Assembly (NCBI GenBank): GCA_019057865.1
Contig: JAHLWP010000003.1
Location: 1 to 64,000 of the forward strand
Reading direction: 5' to 3'
DNA from: Promethearchaeota archaeon
GTDB taxonomy: Archaea; Asgardarchaeota; Lokiarchaeia; Sigyniarchaeales; SOKP01
DNA length: 64,000 bases
The notes under the pieces are model-generated. The model saw only the letters and a list, made by a program, of their open reading frames with translations. It did no database searches and was not told the origin of the DNA. How positions within the stretch are numbered: position 1 is the first letter of the stretch; every line of letters begins with the position of its first letter. Both the position numbers and the translations under genes were made by a program. Shown here piece after piece: positions 10,881 through 20,900 of the stretch.

Positions 10881-11017
10881 GTAGATATCTCAGATTTTAA
10901 AAAATAATTTGAGGTTAAAATTAATTAATCATGCTTTTAAAAAAAAATCTAATATTATATTAGGAAAATTATTAAAATGATTAGATTATATTTTATTATC
11001 TATTACTCCTAAGAATT

Positions 11018-11899
11018 ATGATAAAAATGAACTTTAAAGTAAATAAATGGGATATTCCATATCATAAAGCCTTCTTTAAAACAAGCCATAATTCATATGA
11101 GCACTCAATTAGAGAACAATTAAACAAAGGAGTACGAGGGCTCGAATACGATATTCACGATGATAAGATTCAAGAATTAGACGATTTTGAAGTATATCAT
11201 CTCCAAAATCATTACGATGTTATGCTTAATGTAGATGGAAACCCAAGCGATTATTTATTTTCAAATTGGTTAAAAATAATTAAAGAGTGGTCTAATGAAC
11301 AGAATAATGAACACGCACCAATAACTCTTTTTATAGAATTAAAGGATAGCATTGTTGATTCAAACAATAAGCCAGATGAGCTTTATGGAATCAAAAAATT
11401 TAATATAGTACTTGTTGAGTCAATCTCTCTTGATAAATTATATACTTATAAAAATTTTAGAGAAAACAATTTTCAATGGCCTACAGTGAGAGAATTAAAA
11501 GGGCGAGTAATAATTGTTCTTACAAGCTATTGGGGCGGCTATTGGGCGTCAAATGAGGGTGGGTTTGAGTCCAGACTGAGATATTTAAAAAATTCATTAG
11601 AAAGTAAGGATGATATTAGCTTCGTTTCATGGATAGAAGAAGATCACGATGATAAGGTTCAATTTTTAAAAGATAATACATATTTTTGGAAATGTAGCCT
11701 TGATTATAGTTTTAAAGAACATCAAAAAATAGCTATTTCTCAGAAATTAACTAGAGTTGATTTTGATAAAATTATATTTGGAAGGCATGTAAAAACTTAT
11801 TATAAAAAAAACTTTGAAGCAGGATATCGTTGTAATTTTCCAGTAACAGACTCTTGGGCTGATAAAATGTATAATAAATCATTTCCATGGTCTATTTAG
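11018..11899 (+). CDS. PI-PLC-like phosphodiesterase
   Basis: SHNSYE, GVRGLEYDIH, VYH, HAPITLFIELKD, WPTVRELKGRVI. Confidence 0.75.
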   Translation: MIKMNFKVNKWDIPYHKAFFKTSHNSYEHSIREQLNKGVRGLEYDIHDDKIQELDDFEVYHLQNHYDVMLNVDGNPSDYLFSNWLKIIKEWSNEQNNEHAPITLFIELKDSIVDSNNKPDELYGIKKFNIVLVESISLDKLYTYKNFRENNFQWPTVRELKGRVIIVLTSYWGGYWASNEGGFESRLRYLKNSLESKDDISFVSWIEEDHDDKVQFLKDNTYFWKCSLDYSFKEHQKIAISQKLTRVDFDKIIFGRHVKTYYKKNFEAGYRCNFPVTDSWADKMYNKSFPWSI

Positions 11900-13004
11900 G
11901 ATACTCCTCTTTATAATACTTAAAATAAATATTACATGTCCCTTCCATTGAAACCATACATGGTCCTATTGGACTAATTGGAGTACATTCCTTTCTAAAC
12001 AACTTACATTCATACGGATATAATTTTCCTATCATAACTAAATGACATGAACATCCTGGAGGAATATCTTGTGATTTTTCTATATCAATATCAAATTTCT
12101 TATCCGCATCATATTCAACATATTCTTCCTTGATTTTTAAACCGCCGTCAAGAATACGTCCTATACCTCTCCAAGGTGAAGAAATCGATTTGAACACATT
12201 AGAAATAATTTCTTGTGCCAATTTGTTCCCTTCTGGTTTTACAACTCGAGAGTATTCATTTAAAGTCTCATATCTTTTTTCTTTTTTTTGTTTTAAAAGC
12301 ATTAAAATTGCTACCAATACATCATTCGGTTCAAAACCAGCAATTACATTAGGAACTCTATATGCATCTGAGAATAATTTAAAAGGTTTTAAACCAATTA
12401 TAGTCGAAACATGACCTGGTGATATAAATCCATCAATTTTCAATTGAGATTGAGAAATTAGAAGTTCTAATGCCGCAGGAATTAATTTATGGGCACAAAT
12501 TACTGAAAAATTTGAAGGTGGCTTGGATTGAATCTCATATCCGATTAAAGGTACTGTAGTTTCAAAACCAATTGCAAAAAAAATGACTTCTTTATCAGGA
12601 TTTTCTTTAGCTATTTTTATAGCATCGTGAGGGCTATATACTATTCTTATATCTCCACCTTTTGCTCTTAACTCTGCTAAAGAAATGTTTGTTGCTGGAA
12701 CACGAATCATGTCCCCGAATGTGGTAATTATTGTATCGTCTCTTTTTCCAAGCTCAATGGCCTTATCAATATCTGCTGCAGGACACACACAAACAGGGCA
12801 CCCTGGACCAGATAACACTTCAAGTTCTTTAGGTAATAATGATCTTAAACCATACTTTGAAATCGTATGTTCGTGTGTTCCACAAACATGCATTATTTTT
12901 ATGGGTGTATTCAAATCTTTTATAATCCTATTAATGGATTTAACAATCTTTTCCGTAAATATCTTACTTTTAAGCAATTCAGTTCCAGGGATTTCCATAA
13001 TCAA
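11892..13004 (-). CDS. hypD: Hydrogenase maturation protein HypD
   Basis: HVCGTHE, GPGCPVCV, GFETT, PGHVS, GPCMVSMEGTC. Confidence 0.97.
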   Translation of the reverse strand: MIMEIPGTELLKSKIFTEKIVKSINRIIKDLNTPIKIMHVCGTHEHTISKYGLRSLLPKELEVLSGPGCPVCVCPAADIDKAIELGKRDDTIITTFGDMIRVPATNISLAELRAKGGDIRIVYSPHDAIKIAKENPDKEVIFFAIGFETTVPLIGYEIQSKPPSNFSVICAHKLIPAALELLISQSQLKIDGFISPGHVSTIIGLKPFKLFSDAYRVPNVIAGFEPNDVLVAILMLLKQKKEKRYETLNEYSRVVKPEGNKLAQEIISNVFKSISSPWRGIGRILDGGLKIKEEYVEYDADKKFDIDIEKSQDIPPGCSCHLVMIGKLYPYECKLFRKECTPISPIGPCMVSMEGTCNIYFKYYKEEYPK

Positions 13005-13035
13005 TATTTTTATTTTAATAAAATTTTTTAATTTA

Positions 13036-14088
13036 TTAACAAATTCGAGGTATTAATTCTCCTAACGGCATATCTATAAATCGAGTACCTCCAACTATAG
13101 TTTTTAATAAAACTTGTTTATGATTTTCACTTTTAACTTCACCAATAATCTCTGCACCCTTTCCAATTTGAGTAGACTTTATTTTTTTTAATATTACATC
13201 AGCAAATTGAGAATCAACTGATAAGAGAGCTCGTCCCTCGGATGCTATATTGTATGGGTCTAAACCTAACATATCACATATTGCTTTTACCTGCTTTTTT
13301 ATAGGAATTTTCTCTTCTTCAATATAGATTCCCACATTTGATTTTTTCGCCCAATTATTTAAACTTCCAGCAATTCCTCCTCTTGTAGGATCTTTCATTG
13401 CATGAATATAATTATTTTTTATTTCAAACTCTAGTATTTTATTAATTTCTAAGAGAAAGCCTAAGTCAGATTTTAAATCTGTAGAAATATTCAAGCCTTC
13501 ACGACTAGCCATTAAAGCAGTGCCATGGTCTCCAATACTTCCAGTAATAATTATCTTGTCTCCAATTTTTAACCCATTATCCAATATCATTATTTGTTTG
13601 TCTTTTATTCCGATTCCTGTGGTGGCCATGATTATTTCATTTAAACTTCCATTAGGCATAACTTTTGTATCTCCAGCTATAATAGCAATATTTGCTTCTT
13701 TTGCTTTTAAATTGAACGAATGTATAATTTTTTCTAAAGTATCTAATTTAAAACCTTCTTCTATAATAATAACTGATGTAATGGCAATAGGATCAGCACC
13801 CATCATTAATAAATCGTTAACTGTGCCACATACACTTAACGAACCTAAATCTCCTCCAGGAAAAAAAATAGGATAAACTGTGTGCCCATCTGCGGTAATT
13901 ACAATCTCTTGGTTATAATCTTTTAATGGAATCGTTGCACCATCATCTAATTCTTCAACACCAATACCATTAGATATTTTCTTAATAGCAATATCTTTAA
14001 TGATTAAATTAATGAGTTCTTCTTGTAAAACTCCACCCGCACCATGAGCTAAACGAATTACTCTTGAGCTCTCTTTTTTCATACTCAT
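13036..14088 (-). CDS. hypE: Carbamoyl dehydratase HypE
   Basis: HGAGG, FFPGGDLG, GDTKV, DPTRGG, C-terminal PRIC. Confidence 0.97.
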   Translation of the reverse strand: MSMKKESSRVIRLAHGAGGVLQEELINLIIKDIAIKKISNGIGVEELDDGATIPLKDYNQEIVITADGHTVYPIFFPGGDLGSLSVCGTVNDLLMMGADPIAITSVIIIEEGFKLDTLEKIIHSFNLKAKEANIAIIAGDTKVMPNGSLNEIIMATTGIGIKDKQIMILDNGLKIGDKIIITGSIGDHGTALMASREGLNISTDLKSDLGFLLEINKILEFEIKNNYIHAMKDPTRGGIAGSLNNWAKKSNVGIYIEEEKIPIKKQVKAICDMLGLDPYNIASEGRALLSVDSQFADVILKKIKSTQIGKGAEIIGEVKSENHKQVLLKTIVGGTRFIDMPLGELIPRIC

Positions 14089-14439
14089 AAATGAAAGAAA
14101 GAATCAAAAATTATAAGAATTTAGGTTTTAGCTAATAATTTTAAAAACTATTAATTATAATTTAAAAAGAAAGGAATTCTAAATAATTAAAATAAAAATG
14201 CTAATGTGCTTATTGATTTAATAAAAAATGATCTGATTCTAATACAAAATAATGCATAATAAGAATAATCTAAATTAATAAAAAATAGATTATGAATAAT
14301 GATTCATATCAACCAAATAAAATAATTACTTGAAATTTAAAGAAAATTAGTAATTTTTTAATAAAGTTATGAATAAACTATTTTAACCACATTTTTAAAA
14401 ATAAAAAAATTAAAAAAATAAAAAAAAAACTGAGAGAAA

Positions 14440-15765
14440 ATGGCAGTAAAAGTAGCTTTTATGCAATGTTCAGATTGCTGGGGTTGCCACCAATCCCTCT
14501 TGAATGCTCATTTGGGATTATTACCGGTACTCCCAGCGCTTGATATTGTGTATTGGCCAGCTGTAGTCGATTTCAAGCATGACTCGTTGAAAGCAAGACC
14601 AGATGGTGATATCTTAGTTGGTTTTATGGAAGGTAGTTTAAGAACTAATGAGGATGTCGAAAATGCAAAACTGATGAGAGCAAAATGTCAACTTATTATA
14701 GCATTTGGCAGTTGTTCATGTTATGGTAATGTACATGGTTTAGCTAACCAATGGGATATACAAAAAGTAATTAATCGAAAATTTGTTGAAGCAGAAAGTA
14801 TTACTAATGAATCTCCACATGAACCTAAGGAACATGTGCCAGGTTTCACAGAAAAGATTGTACTATTAGATGAGGTTATTAAGGTTGATGCTTACATCGC
14901 AGGATGCCCACCTAAACCAGAGGCAATTATCAGTTCTGTAGATTTTCTATTAGGACAAAAACCACAACCTATGAATGACTTAGCGTTCTGCAATGAATGT
15001 TCTTTGAATACTGAAGGATGTTTATTGGATAAAGGAATAATGTGTTTTGGGCCTATTACAAGTACGGGATGTACATTAAAATGCACGAATAATGAAGATC
15101 CATGTGTTGGTTGTTTTGGACCGTCAAAAACAGTAGCATCTAGAGCTGAGAAATTAATTGGAATGACAAAAAATCTTGGTGCAATAAATACAGGAGATAA
15201 GAAGAATTTATTCGAATTTTTAACCTTGTTTTTAAATATACCGTTAATGGCAGGTTTTGATCTTGCGGGGGATATTTTAAAGCAAATTAAAAAACGAGGC
15301 GCTCCAGTAAGTCCTTTAGCTAATCTTCCTCCTACAACAGGAGAAATTGCTTCAAATATTTTGGGATTTCTAAGAGATAATAGAGATTTCACAGAGATTT
15401 CTAATGTATGTGATACATGTGATAGGATTATTGGTAGTAAATCAAGAATGACGAAAGTAAAAAGAGATTATGAAGGACTTCCAAACATGGATGATTGTCT
15501 AATTGAACAAGGATATATTTGTATGGGTCCAGTTACTAAAGCTGGGTGCGGTGGTTTATGCCTTCGAGTTAATGCTCCTTGTAGTGGCTGCTATGGTCAA
15601 ACTGAATGGGTTGCTGATCAAGCAAGTAGATTTGCTGATATTGTAACCAAGGGCTTTAATGTCGATATATCTAAAGAACAATTGTTAAGTCAAGTAAAGG
15701 ATCATTTAGGGACTTTTCAAAAGTTTACTTTAGCATCAAATAGAGATTATAAAGGAGGCGAATAA
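14440..15765 (+). CDS. mvhG: Group 3c hydrogenase small subunit (MvhG/VhuG), extended by a duplicated Fe-S domain
   Basis: CSDCWGC, GSC, GCPP, and two copies of CxxC...C(L/I)...CxGP(I/V)TxxGC...C...PCxGC(F/Y)G. Confidence 0.9.
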   Translation: MAVKVAFMQCSDCWGCHQSLLNAHLGLLPVLPALDIVYWPAVVDFKHDSLKARPDGDILVGFMEGSLRTNEDVENAKLMRAKCQLIIAFGSCSCYGNVHGLANQWDIQKVINRKFVEAESITNESPHEPKEHVPGFTEKIVLLDEVIKVDAYIAGCPPKPEAIISSVDFLLGQKPQPMNDLAFCNECSLNTEGCLLDKGIMCFGPITSTGCTLKCTNNEDPCVGCFGPSKTVASRAEKLIGMTKNLGAINTGDKKNLFEFLTLFLNIPLMAGFDLAGDILKQIKKRGAPVSPLANLPPTTGEIASNILGFLRDNRDFTEISNVCDTCDRIIGSKSRMTKVKRDYEGLPNMDDCLIEQGYICMGPVTKAGCGGLCLRVNAPCSGCYGQTEWVADQASRFADIVTKGFNVDISKEQLLSQVKDHLGTFQKFTLASNRDYKGGE

Positions 15766-15770
15766 GAAAA

Positions 15771-17075
15771 ATGGTAAAAGAAATAGAAGTTGAACCCGTT
15801 ACTCGTTTAGAGGGACATGGTGGTTTGAGGATCGTTTTAGGTGATGATGGGAAAGTTAAGGATGCTCAATTTAATATTACATCAACGAGATTTTTCGAAA
15901 AATTCTGTGAAGGGCGTTATTGTGAGCATGTACCAAGGATTACTCCGAGAATATGTGGTATTTGTCCAATTCCACATCATCTTACGCCTACAAAAGCAGT
16001 AGAAGATGCGTGGGGCGTAGAGATTCCAACTCCTGCTTTAAAATTAAGAAAACTATTGATTAACGCTAAACAATACTCTTCACATATGTTACACTTTTAC
16101 GCATTAGCTGCACCTGATTTCTTAGTAGGTCCATTTGGTGACCCTGCATTGAGGAATGTTGTGTATGTTATTAATAAAATGCCCGATGTGGGTGCTATGG
16201 CACTAAAAATGATGGATTTTGGTCAAAAATTATGTGCAGAAATTGGTGGAAAGTCAGTTCATCCTGTATCTGCAATTGTAGGTGGGATGAAAAAACCTAT
16301 GGATGAAGATGCAAGAGATAGATTTTTAAAAATGGTACCTGAACAAGTTGAGTTTATGAAGAAAACGGTTGATATTGCTTTAAAGGTTATAGATGATTAT
16401 TGGGATGTTGTTGCTAATGTAGGCGTTGTACCAACCTATTATCTTGGTATGACAAAAAATGGAGTCCATGATATTTATGAGGGTGACATTAGAATTGTAA
16501 CTCCCGATGGTAAAAAAATTGATTATGATATTCATAATTATTTAGATGTATTAGGTGAACATATACCAGAACATTCCTATGCGACACATATGTATTATAA
16601 ACCAGCAGGATATCCTGAAGGAATTTATCGTGCGAATACATTGGCAATGACAAATGCAGCTGATAAAATGGCAACTCCTTTAGCTGATGAAGCTTTAAAA
16701 GCAATGAAAGCAAAAATCGGAGAAGTATCACACCACACCTTTGCCTATCATTGGGCACGGATTATTGAAGCTGTAGAAGCAATTGAACTTATTGCACAAT
16801 TACTTGAAGATCCAGATATTGTGAATCCAGATTGTAAGACTTTAGATGTTGAACCGAGGGAAGGTGATGGAATTGGTGTTACTGAAGCCCCGAGAGGTTT
16901 ATTGTTGTATCATATTTGGTCTGATGCTCAAGGTATTTGTAAGAAACTTAACCTTTTAGTTGCTACCAATCACAATATTGCAGGTATTGAGAAAACCTTA
17001 ATGCATGTAGCTAAGCAGGTATTTGAAGATAAGGCGTTGGATGGATTAAAATTACCAGACCCATGGATTAAATAA
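15771..17075 (+). CDS. mvhA: Group 3c hydrogenase large subunit, split VhuA type
   Basis: TRLEGH, RICGICP (L1), EAPRG, LLVATNHN; ends without the DPCxxCxxH L2 motif. Confidence 0.93.
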   Translation: MVKEIEVEPVTRLEGHGGLRIVLGDDGKVKDAQFNITSTRFFEKFCEGRYCEHVPRITPRICGICPIPHHLTPTKAVEDAWGVEIPTPALKLRKLLINAKQYSSHMLHFYALAAPDFLVGPFGDPALRNVVYVINKMPDVGAMALKMMDFGQKLCAEIGGKSVHPVSAIVGGMKKPMDEDARDRFLKMVPEQVEFMKKTVDIALKVIDDYWDVVANVGVVPTYYLGMTKNGVHDIYEGDIRIVTPDGKKIDYDIHNYLDVLGEHIPEHSYATHMYYKPAGYPEGIYRANTLAMTNAADKMATPLADEALKAMKAKIGEVSHHTFAYHWARIIEAVEAIELIAQLLEDPDIVNPDCKTLDVEPREGDGIGVTEAPRGLLLYHIWSDAQGICKKLNLLVATNHNIAGIEKTLMHVAKQVFEDKALDGLKLPDPWIK

Positions 17076-17114
17076 TTATAAAGAAAAATTAAAAATTAAA
17101 ACGTGAACGATAAA

Positions 17115-17267
17115 ATGAGTGAAGATGTACCAGAAGGTGTAGTAAATCTCTTAGAAATGATAGTCCGTTGTTTTGATTGCTGACTATCGTGTGCCGCACA
17201 CATCACGGTTGTTGATGAAGAAGGCAATGAGATTTACTCTCGAAAATTAAACGTAGGCTTAGGATGA
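17115..17267 (+). CDS. vhuU: Selenoprotein VhuU, the separately encoded L2 peptide of the [NiFeSe] large subunit (50 aa, Sec at TGA 17181-17183)
   Basis: Manual translation MSEDVPEGVVNLLEMIVRCFDC(U)LSCAAHITVVDEEGNEIYSRKLNVGLG; the UGA sits at the first Ni-ligand position of L2, which the upstream mvhA lacks. Confidence 0.92.
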
Positions 17268-17324
17268 ATATCCAATAAAAATAATAGATTGGATATAACT
17301 GCCCACGCAAGGGTTAAAGCCTAC
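17253..17324 (+). promoter_or_regulatory. Candidate SECIS element for vhuU
   Basis: Outer helix GTAGGCTT(17253-60)/AAGCCTAC(17317-24); ATGA at 17264-67; 9-bp helix ATATCCAAT(17268-76)/ATTGGATAT(17288-96) with an A-rich loop; side hairpin GCCC/GGGT (17301-14). Confidence 0.7.
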
Positions 17325-17352
17325 CAATATAAAATAACAAAAAGGAGAAAAA

Positions 17353-17868
17353 GTGAGAAAAATGAGTATAGATTTCGAATTTCGAAAATTGGTAATGGAT
17401 TATCATCAGGGGTCTGATTTAATCAAATATTGTTATCAATGTAGCCGTTGTGCAGATAATTGCCCTGTTACAAAAGTCACAACTGATTTCTATGGAACTA
17501 CTGGTTACAATCCAAGAGCTAATATCCTAAAGGCATTATTAGGTTATAAGGATCTGATTTTTACAGAAGATGAACTGATTATTTGGGGTTGTACTGTATG
17601 TGATACATGTGATGAGGTATGTCCACAAGACATTGAGTTAACAGAGATATTTACACTCTTAAAGAATCAATCTATTGAACAAGGGAAGGGTCCAGAATTT
17701 ATATATTCCCAAGCAAAAGCGATATTTGATAGTGCTAAAGCAATCCCTTCACAATCTGCGATTGAGAGAAGAAGAGAACAAATGGGACTTCCAGCAGTCG
17801 CAGCACCAGATATAAATGAAGTTCAAACATTATTAAAAAATATTGGAGCAGCTAAAAAATTAAAATAA
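17353..17868 (+). CDS. hdrC: Heterodisulfide reductase subunit C
   Basis: CYQCSRCADNCP and CTVCDTCDEVCP ferredoxin motifs; AGGAG SD upstream. Confidence 0.9.
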   Translation: MRKMSIDFEFRKLVMDYHQGSDLIKYCYQCSRCADNCPVTKVTTDFYGTTGYNPRANILKALLGYKDLIFTEDELIIWGCTVCDTCDEVCPQDIELTEIFTLLKNQSIEQGKGPEFIYSQAKAIFDSAKAIPSQSAIERRREQMGLPAVAAPDINEVQTLLKNIGAAKKLK

Positions 17869-17886
17869 TTCGAGGGTAAGATAAAA

Positions 17887-18759
17887 ATGACAGAATTTAA
17901 AATGTTTGAAGGATGTACGATTGGTAATAGAATTCCTTTTATAGAAGCAGCATCTAGAAAAGTTTTTGAAAAGGTCGGGATTGAAACTTCCCAAGCACCA
18001 TTTTCATGCTGCCCAGATCCTACTGGAATGAAGAGTTTTGATAACAATGCGTGGTTAACCATTGGTGCTATGAATTTATGTTTAGCTGAAGCAGAGGGAA
18101 AAGATATAATCTCATTATGTAACGGTTGCACCAATACTTTACGAGGTGTACAACATCAATTAAAACACGATTCTTTGAAAAAAGAAAAAGTTAATAAAGA
18201 ATTAGCCAAAATTGGTAAAGAATTTAAAGGTACAATTGATGTAAAGCACTTTGTAGATGTATTAAAAGAGCAGCTTGATAAAATCAAAGGTTCCATTACA
18301 AAACCATTAAATGGTTTAAAAGTTGCTTGTCATCCTGGGTGTCATTACATGCGACCAGCAGAGTGGATGGAATCTGATGATCCTATGAGACCAGAGACGT
18401 TAAAAAAGCTTGTGGCAGCAAGTGGAGCGACTGTTGTGGATTATGATGAGTTAGTTTTATGTTGTGGTTCTGCTGTGACAAATGCATATGAAGAACATGG
18501 CCTAGCAAATCTTAAAAATAAATTAGATAGTATAAAAAAGGCAGGAGCAGATATCATCTGTGTAAATTGTCCAGCTTGCTTTCAACAATTTGATACAAGA
18601 CAGCGTGATTTATCTAAGAAATATGAAACAGAGTACAATATACCAGTATTATACATAACAGAGCTATATGCTTTAGCTATGGGATATAGTGCTGATGAGA
18701 TTGGCTTAAAATTTCATAGAACCCGCTTGAAATCCATTTTAGAAAAATATGGTTTGTAA
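17887..18759 (+). CDS. hdrB: Heterodisulfide reductase subunit B
   Basis: Two CCG domains: GC..FSCCP..LCNGC and HPGCH..LCCGS..CPACF. Confidence 0.95.
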   Translation: MTEFKMFEGCTIGNRIPFIEAASRKVFEKVGIETSQAPFSCCPDPTGMKSFDNNAWLTIGAMNLCLAEAEGKDIISLCNGCTNTLRGVQHQLKHDSLKKEKVNKELAKIGKEFKGTIDVKHFVDVLKEQLDKIKGSITKPLNGLKVACHPGCHYMRPAEWMESDDPMRPETLKKLVAASGATVVDYDELVLCCGSAVTNAYEEHGLANLKNKLDSIKKAGADIICVNCPACFQQFDTRQRDLSKKYETEYNIPVLYITELYALAMGYSADEIGLKFHRTRLKSILEKYGL

Positions 18760-18760
18760 T

Positions 18761-18810
18761 TTCTAAATTTATTAAATTTACTTTATTTTTTTTTATTTTA
18801 TTTTTCTTAG
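18761..18810 (+). terminator. Probable archaeal U-rich terminator of the mvh-hdr operon
   Basis: Long T tracts immediately after the hdrB stop. Confidence 0.5.
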
Positions 18811-19113
18811 CGTAAAACTTTTTTTTAGGAATAATAGTAGATTTTTTTCGCAATTTATACAATAACTACTACTGGAAAACTATTTTCCAATTACAGAATA
18901 TTTAAATGAAATCCTATTACAAATTAACACATTGTATGAGAAATATAAACTTAATGGGTTAATTAACCTCTTTATAGTATTTGTTAAATCTTTTTATTTA
19001 TATTGTAAAACGTATGTAAAGTTTAAATAATACCGAATAAAATTATAAATAGTTTTTTCATTTTTTTCAATTAAAATAAGAATATAATAAAATAATGATT
19101 AGAAGATAAAAGC

Positions 19114-19917
19114 ATGTCGTTATACAATTTAAAACGCGATCCCTCGTGGTTCTTTTCGTATATTGAGAATTATTATCATTTATTTTTGGACATAAAATTT
19201 GATAATAAAGTTGTTTCTAACGCAGTTATTAAATTTTCGATGGAATTGGGTTTACAGGGCTTTGAAGGATTGCTATTTTACATTTATAAGCCACATTCTA
19301 AAAAAATAAAGTTTGGTTTGGTTAAACATTCAATTGATCAAACGCACCATATTGAAAATTTGAACTATAATTTAAGTGAGAGTCCTACAAATTCACTAGA
19401 TTTAATTATAATTCCATTTGGATACTTTAAAGATGAATATAAGTTAACTTTATCTGTCCTATCTGAGAAATCAGAAGCAGGTTTTGAAGTATATGCTTGG
19501 TCACCGTCAAGCCTTTATAAACATGTGAAATCAGTGATTAGAATCGGCAATCAATATAATGAATTAATTCCTATTGCTGATTACAAGGGATATTATTTTC
19601 AAACAGATAGTGCTTTTAAAGGAAATGAAACTGGACGTCTTTTTGATCTGATAAATTTATTGGTAGAAATAGATAATAGTAAAGATGAATTTACTAATGA
19701 GCCAATAATTGAGCCAATGGATTCAGATATAAAAGCTCTAGTTAAAAAGAGTAATGAATTCTTATTTGAACTCTGTCAAACATCTGTTCCATTAGAAATA
19801 AAAAATTTACTACGAGAATTAAAAAGATTAAAATTTAATATAGATAGTTTATCAAAAGAAGAAATATTTAATTGGCTTGATGATTTAATTACCTTCTATT
19901 CAGAAAAACCTAAATAA
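19114..19917 (+). CDS. Hypothetical protein
   Basis: 267-aa ORF, no motif recognised. Confidence 0.65.
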   Translation: MSLYNLKRDPSWFFSYIENYYHLFLDIKFDNKVVSNAVIKFSMELGLQGFEGLLFYIYKPHSKKIKFGLVKHSIDQTHHIENLNYNLSESPTNSLDLIIIPFGYFKDEYKLTLSVLSEKSEAGFEVYAWSPSSLYKHVKSVIRIGNQYNELIPIADYKGYYFQTDSAFKGNETGRLFDLINLLVEIDNSKDEFTNEPIIEPMDSDIKALVKKSNEFLFELCQTSVPLEIKNLLRELKRLKFNIDSLSKEEIFNWLDDLITFYSEKPK

Positions 19918-19938
19918 AACAAAATAAAGATCATTTAT

Positions 19939-20487
19939 TCACTTTTTCTTAACTTTTTTTATAAGTAGGATAATTAGTGCTAAAACCAAGAAAATAATCG
20001 CTGCTATTAAAAATCCAAACTTAAATGTGGCACTTAGAGAAGCAGTAAATGAATTAGTAGATGAAACGGATGTTGGTGTGTCTAACATTAAGAGTAAATT
20101 GATATTCTCTATTACATCAAATAATCCTGAAATTGTGCCTAATTGGGTCATAAATATCCCAAAATTTTGCAGTTTTCCATCTAATCTTCTTGAAACTAGT
20201 AGATTGAGACTAAAAGCAATAGATACGTATCCAATAATGAATATAAAATCCCAATATATTGTTAAAATTTGTTTATTTCTTCCATTAGGTCCCCACGCAA
20301 ACATGATTGCTTCAGCCCTTTCTGCAGTCCATGCAAATTCGAAATCTAGGATTCCATAATCATTCAAGGTTGCTTCAATTGGAATAAAAACTAAAAGATA
20401 AATTAGAATAACGATAACAACCCCAATAATAGTAGTTAATATCAATAATTTGTCCTTTGGAGTATTTTTTAATTTATTTAAGAACAC
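19939..20487 (-). CDS. Integral membrane protein (about 4 TM)
   Basis: Hydrophobic helices; ILDFEFAW, WDFIFIIGY and FDVIEN segments. Confidence 0.75.
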   Translation of the reverse strand: MFLNKLKNTPKDKLLILTTIIGVVIVILIYLLVFIPIEATLNDYGILDFEFAWTAERAEAIMFAWGPNGRNKQILTIYWDFIFIIGYVSIAFSLNLLVSRRLDGKLQNFGIFMTQLGTISGLFDVIENINLLLMLDTPTSVSSTNSFTASLSATFKFGFLIAAIIFLVLALIILLIKKVKKK

Positions 20488-20657
20488 TATAAATCCCTCT
20501 TTATAATTATATATAATTTCTAAACTGAATAATAAATTATTATTGTTTTCATTTTATATTAAGATTAAAATCTTCACTTTTTACAGTAAATCAATAATTT
20601 TATTTTGTTTTAAATATTATAATTATAATATAACTTTAAATTCATTAGAAATTAATA

Positions 20658-20900
20658 ATGTGCCTTGCTATACCTGGAAAGATTGTAGAAATAAATGATA
20701 ATTGGGCTCTAGTTGATTTTGATGGCATTAAACAAAATGTAATAATAGCATTGATCCAAAATCCAGATGTAGGAAAGTATGTTATAGTTCATGCAGGGTA
20801 TGCAATTGAACAAATGGATGAGAAAGATGCTTTAGAAGCTATAGAGCAATGGAAAGAACTTGCTCAAGATCAGGATTTAAATCTTGAAGATATCTTATAG
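20658..20900 (+). CDS. hypC: Hydrogenase maturation chaperone HypC
   Basis: MCLAIPG, VIVHAGYAI. Confidence 0.97.
   Translation: MCLAIPGKIVEINDNWALVDFDGIKQNVIIALIQNPDVGKYVIVHAGYAIEQMDEKDALEAIEQWKELAQDQDLNLEDIL

Noticed and set aside
17253-17324. Three-way junction as a hammerhead ribozyme
   Set aside because: Lacks the CUGANGA and GAAA core
17265-17420. Second UGA of vhuU as another Sec giving a longer protein
   Set aside because: The extension has no recognisable motif, runs out of frame into hdrC, and lies beyond the His where VhuU is processed
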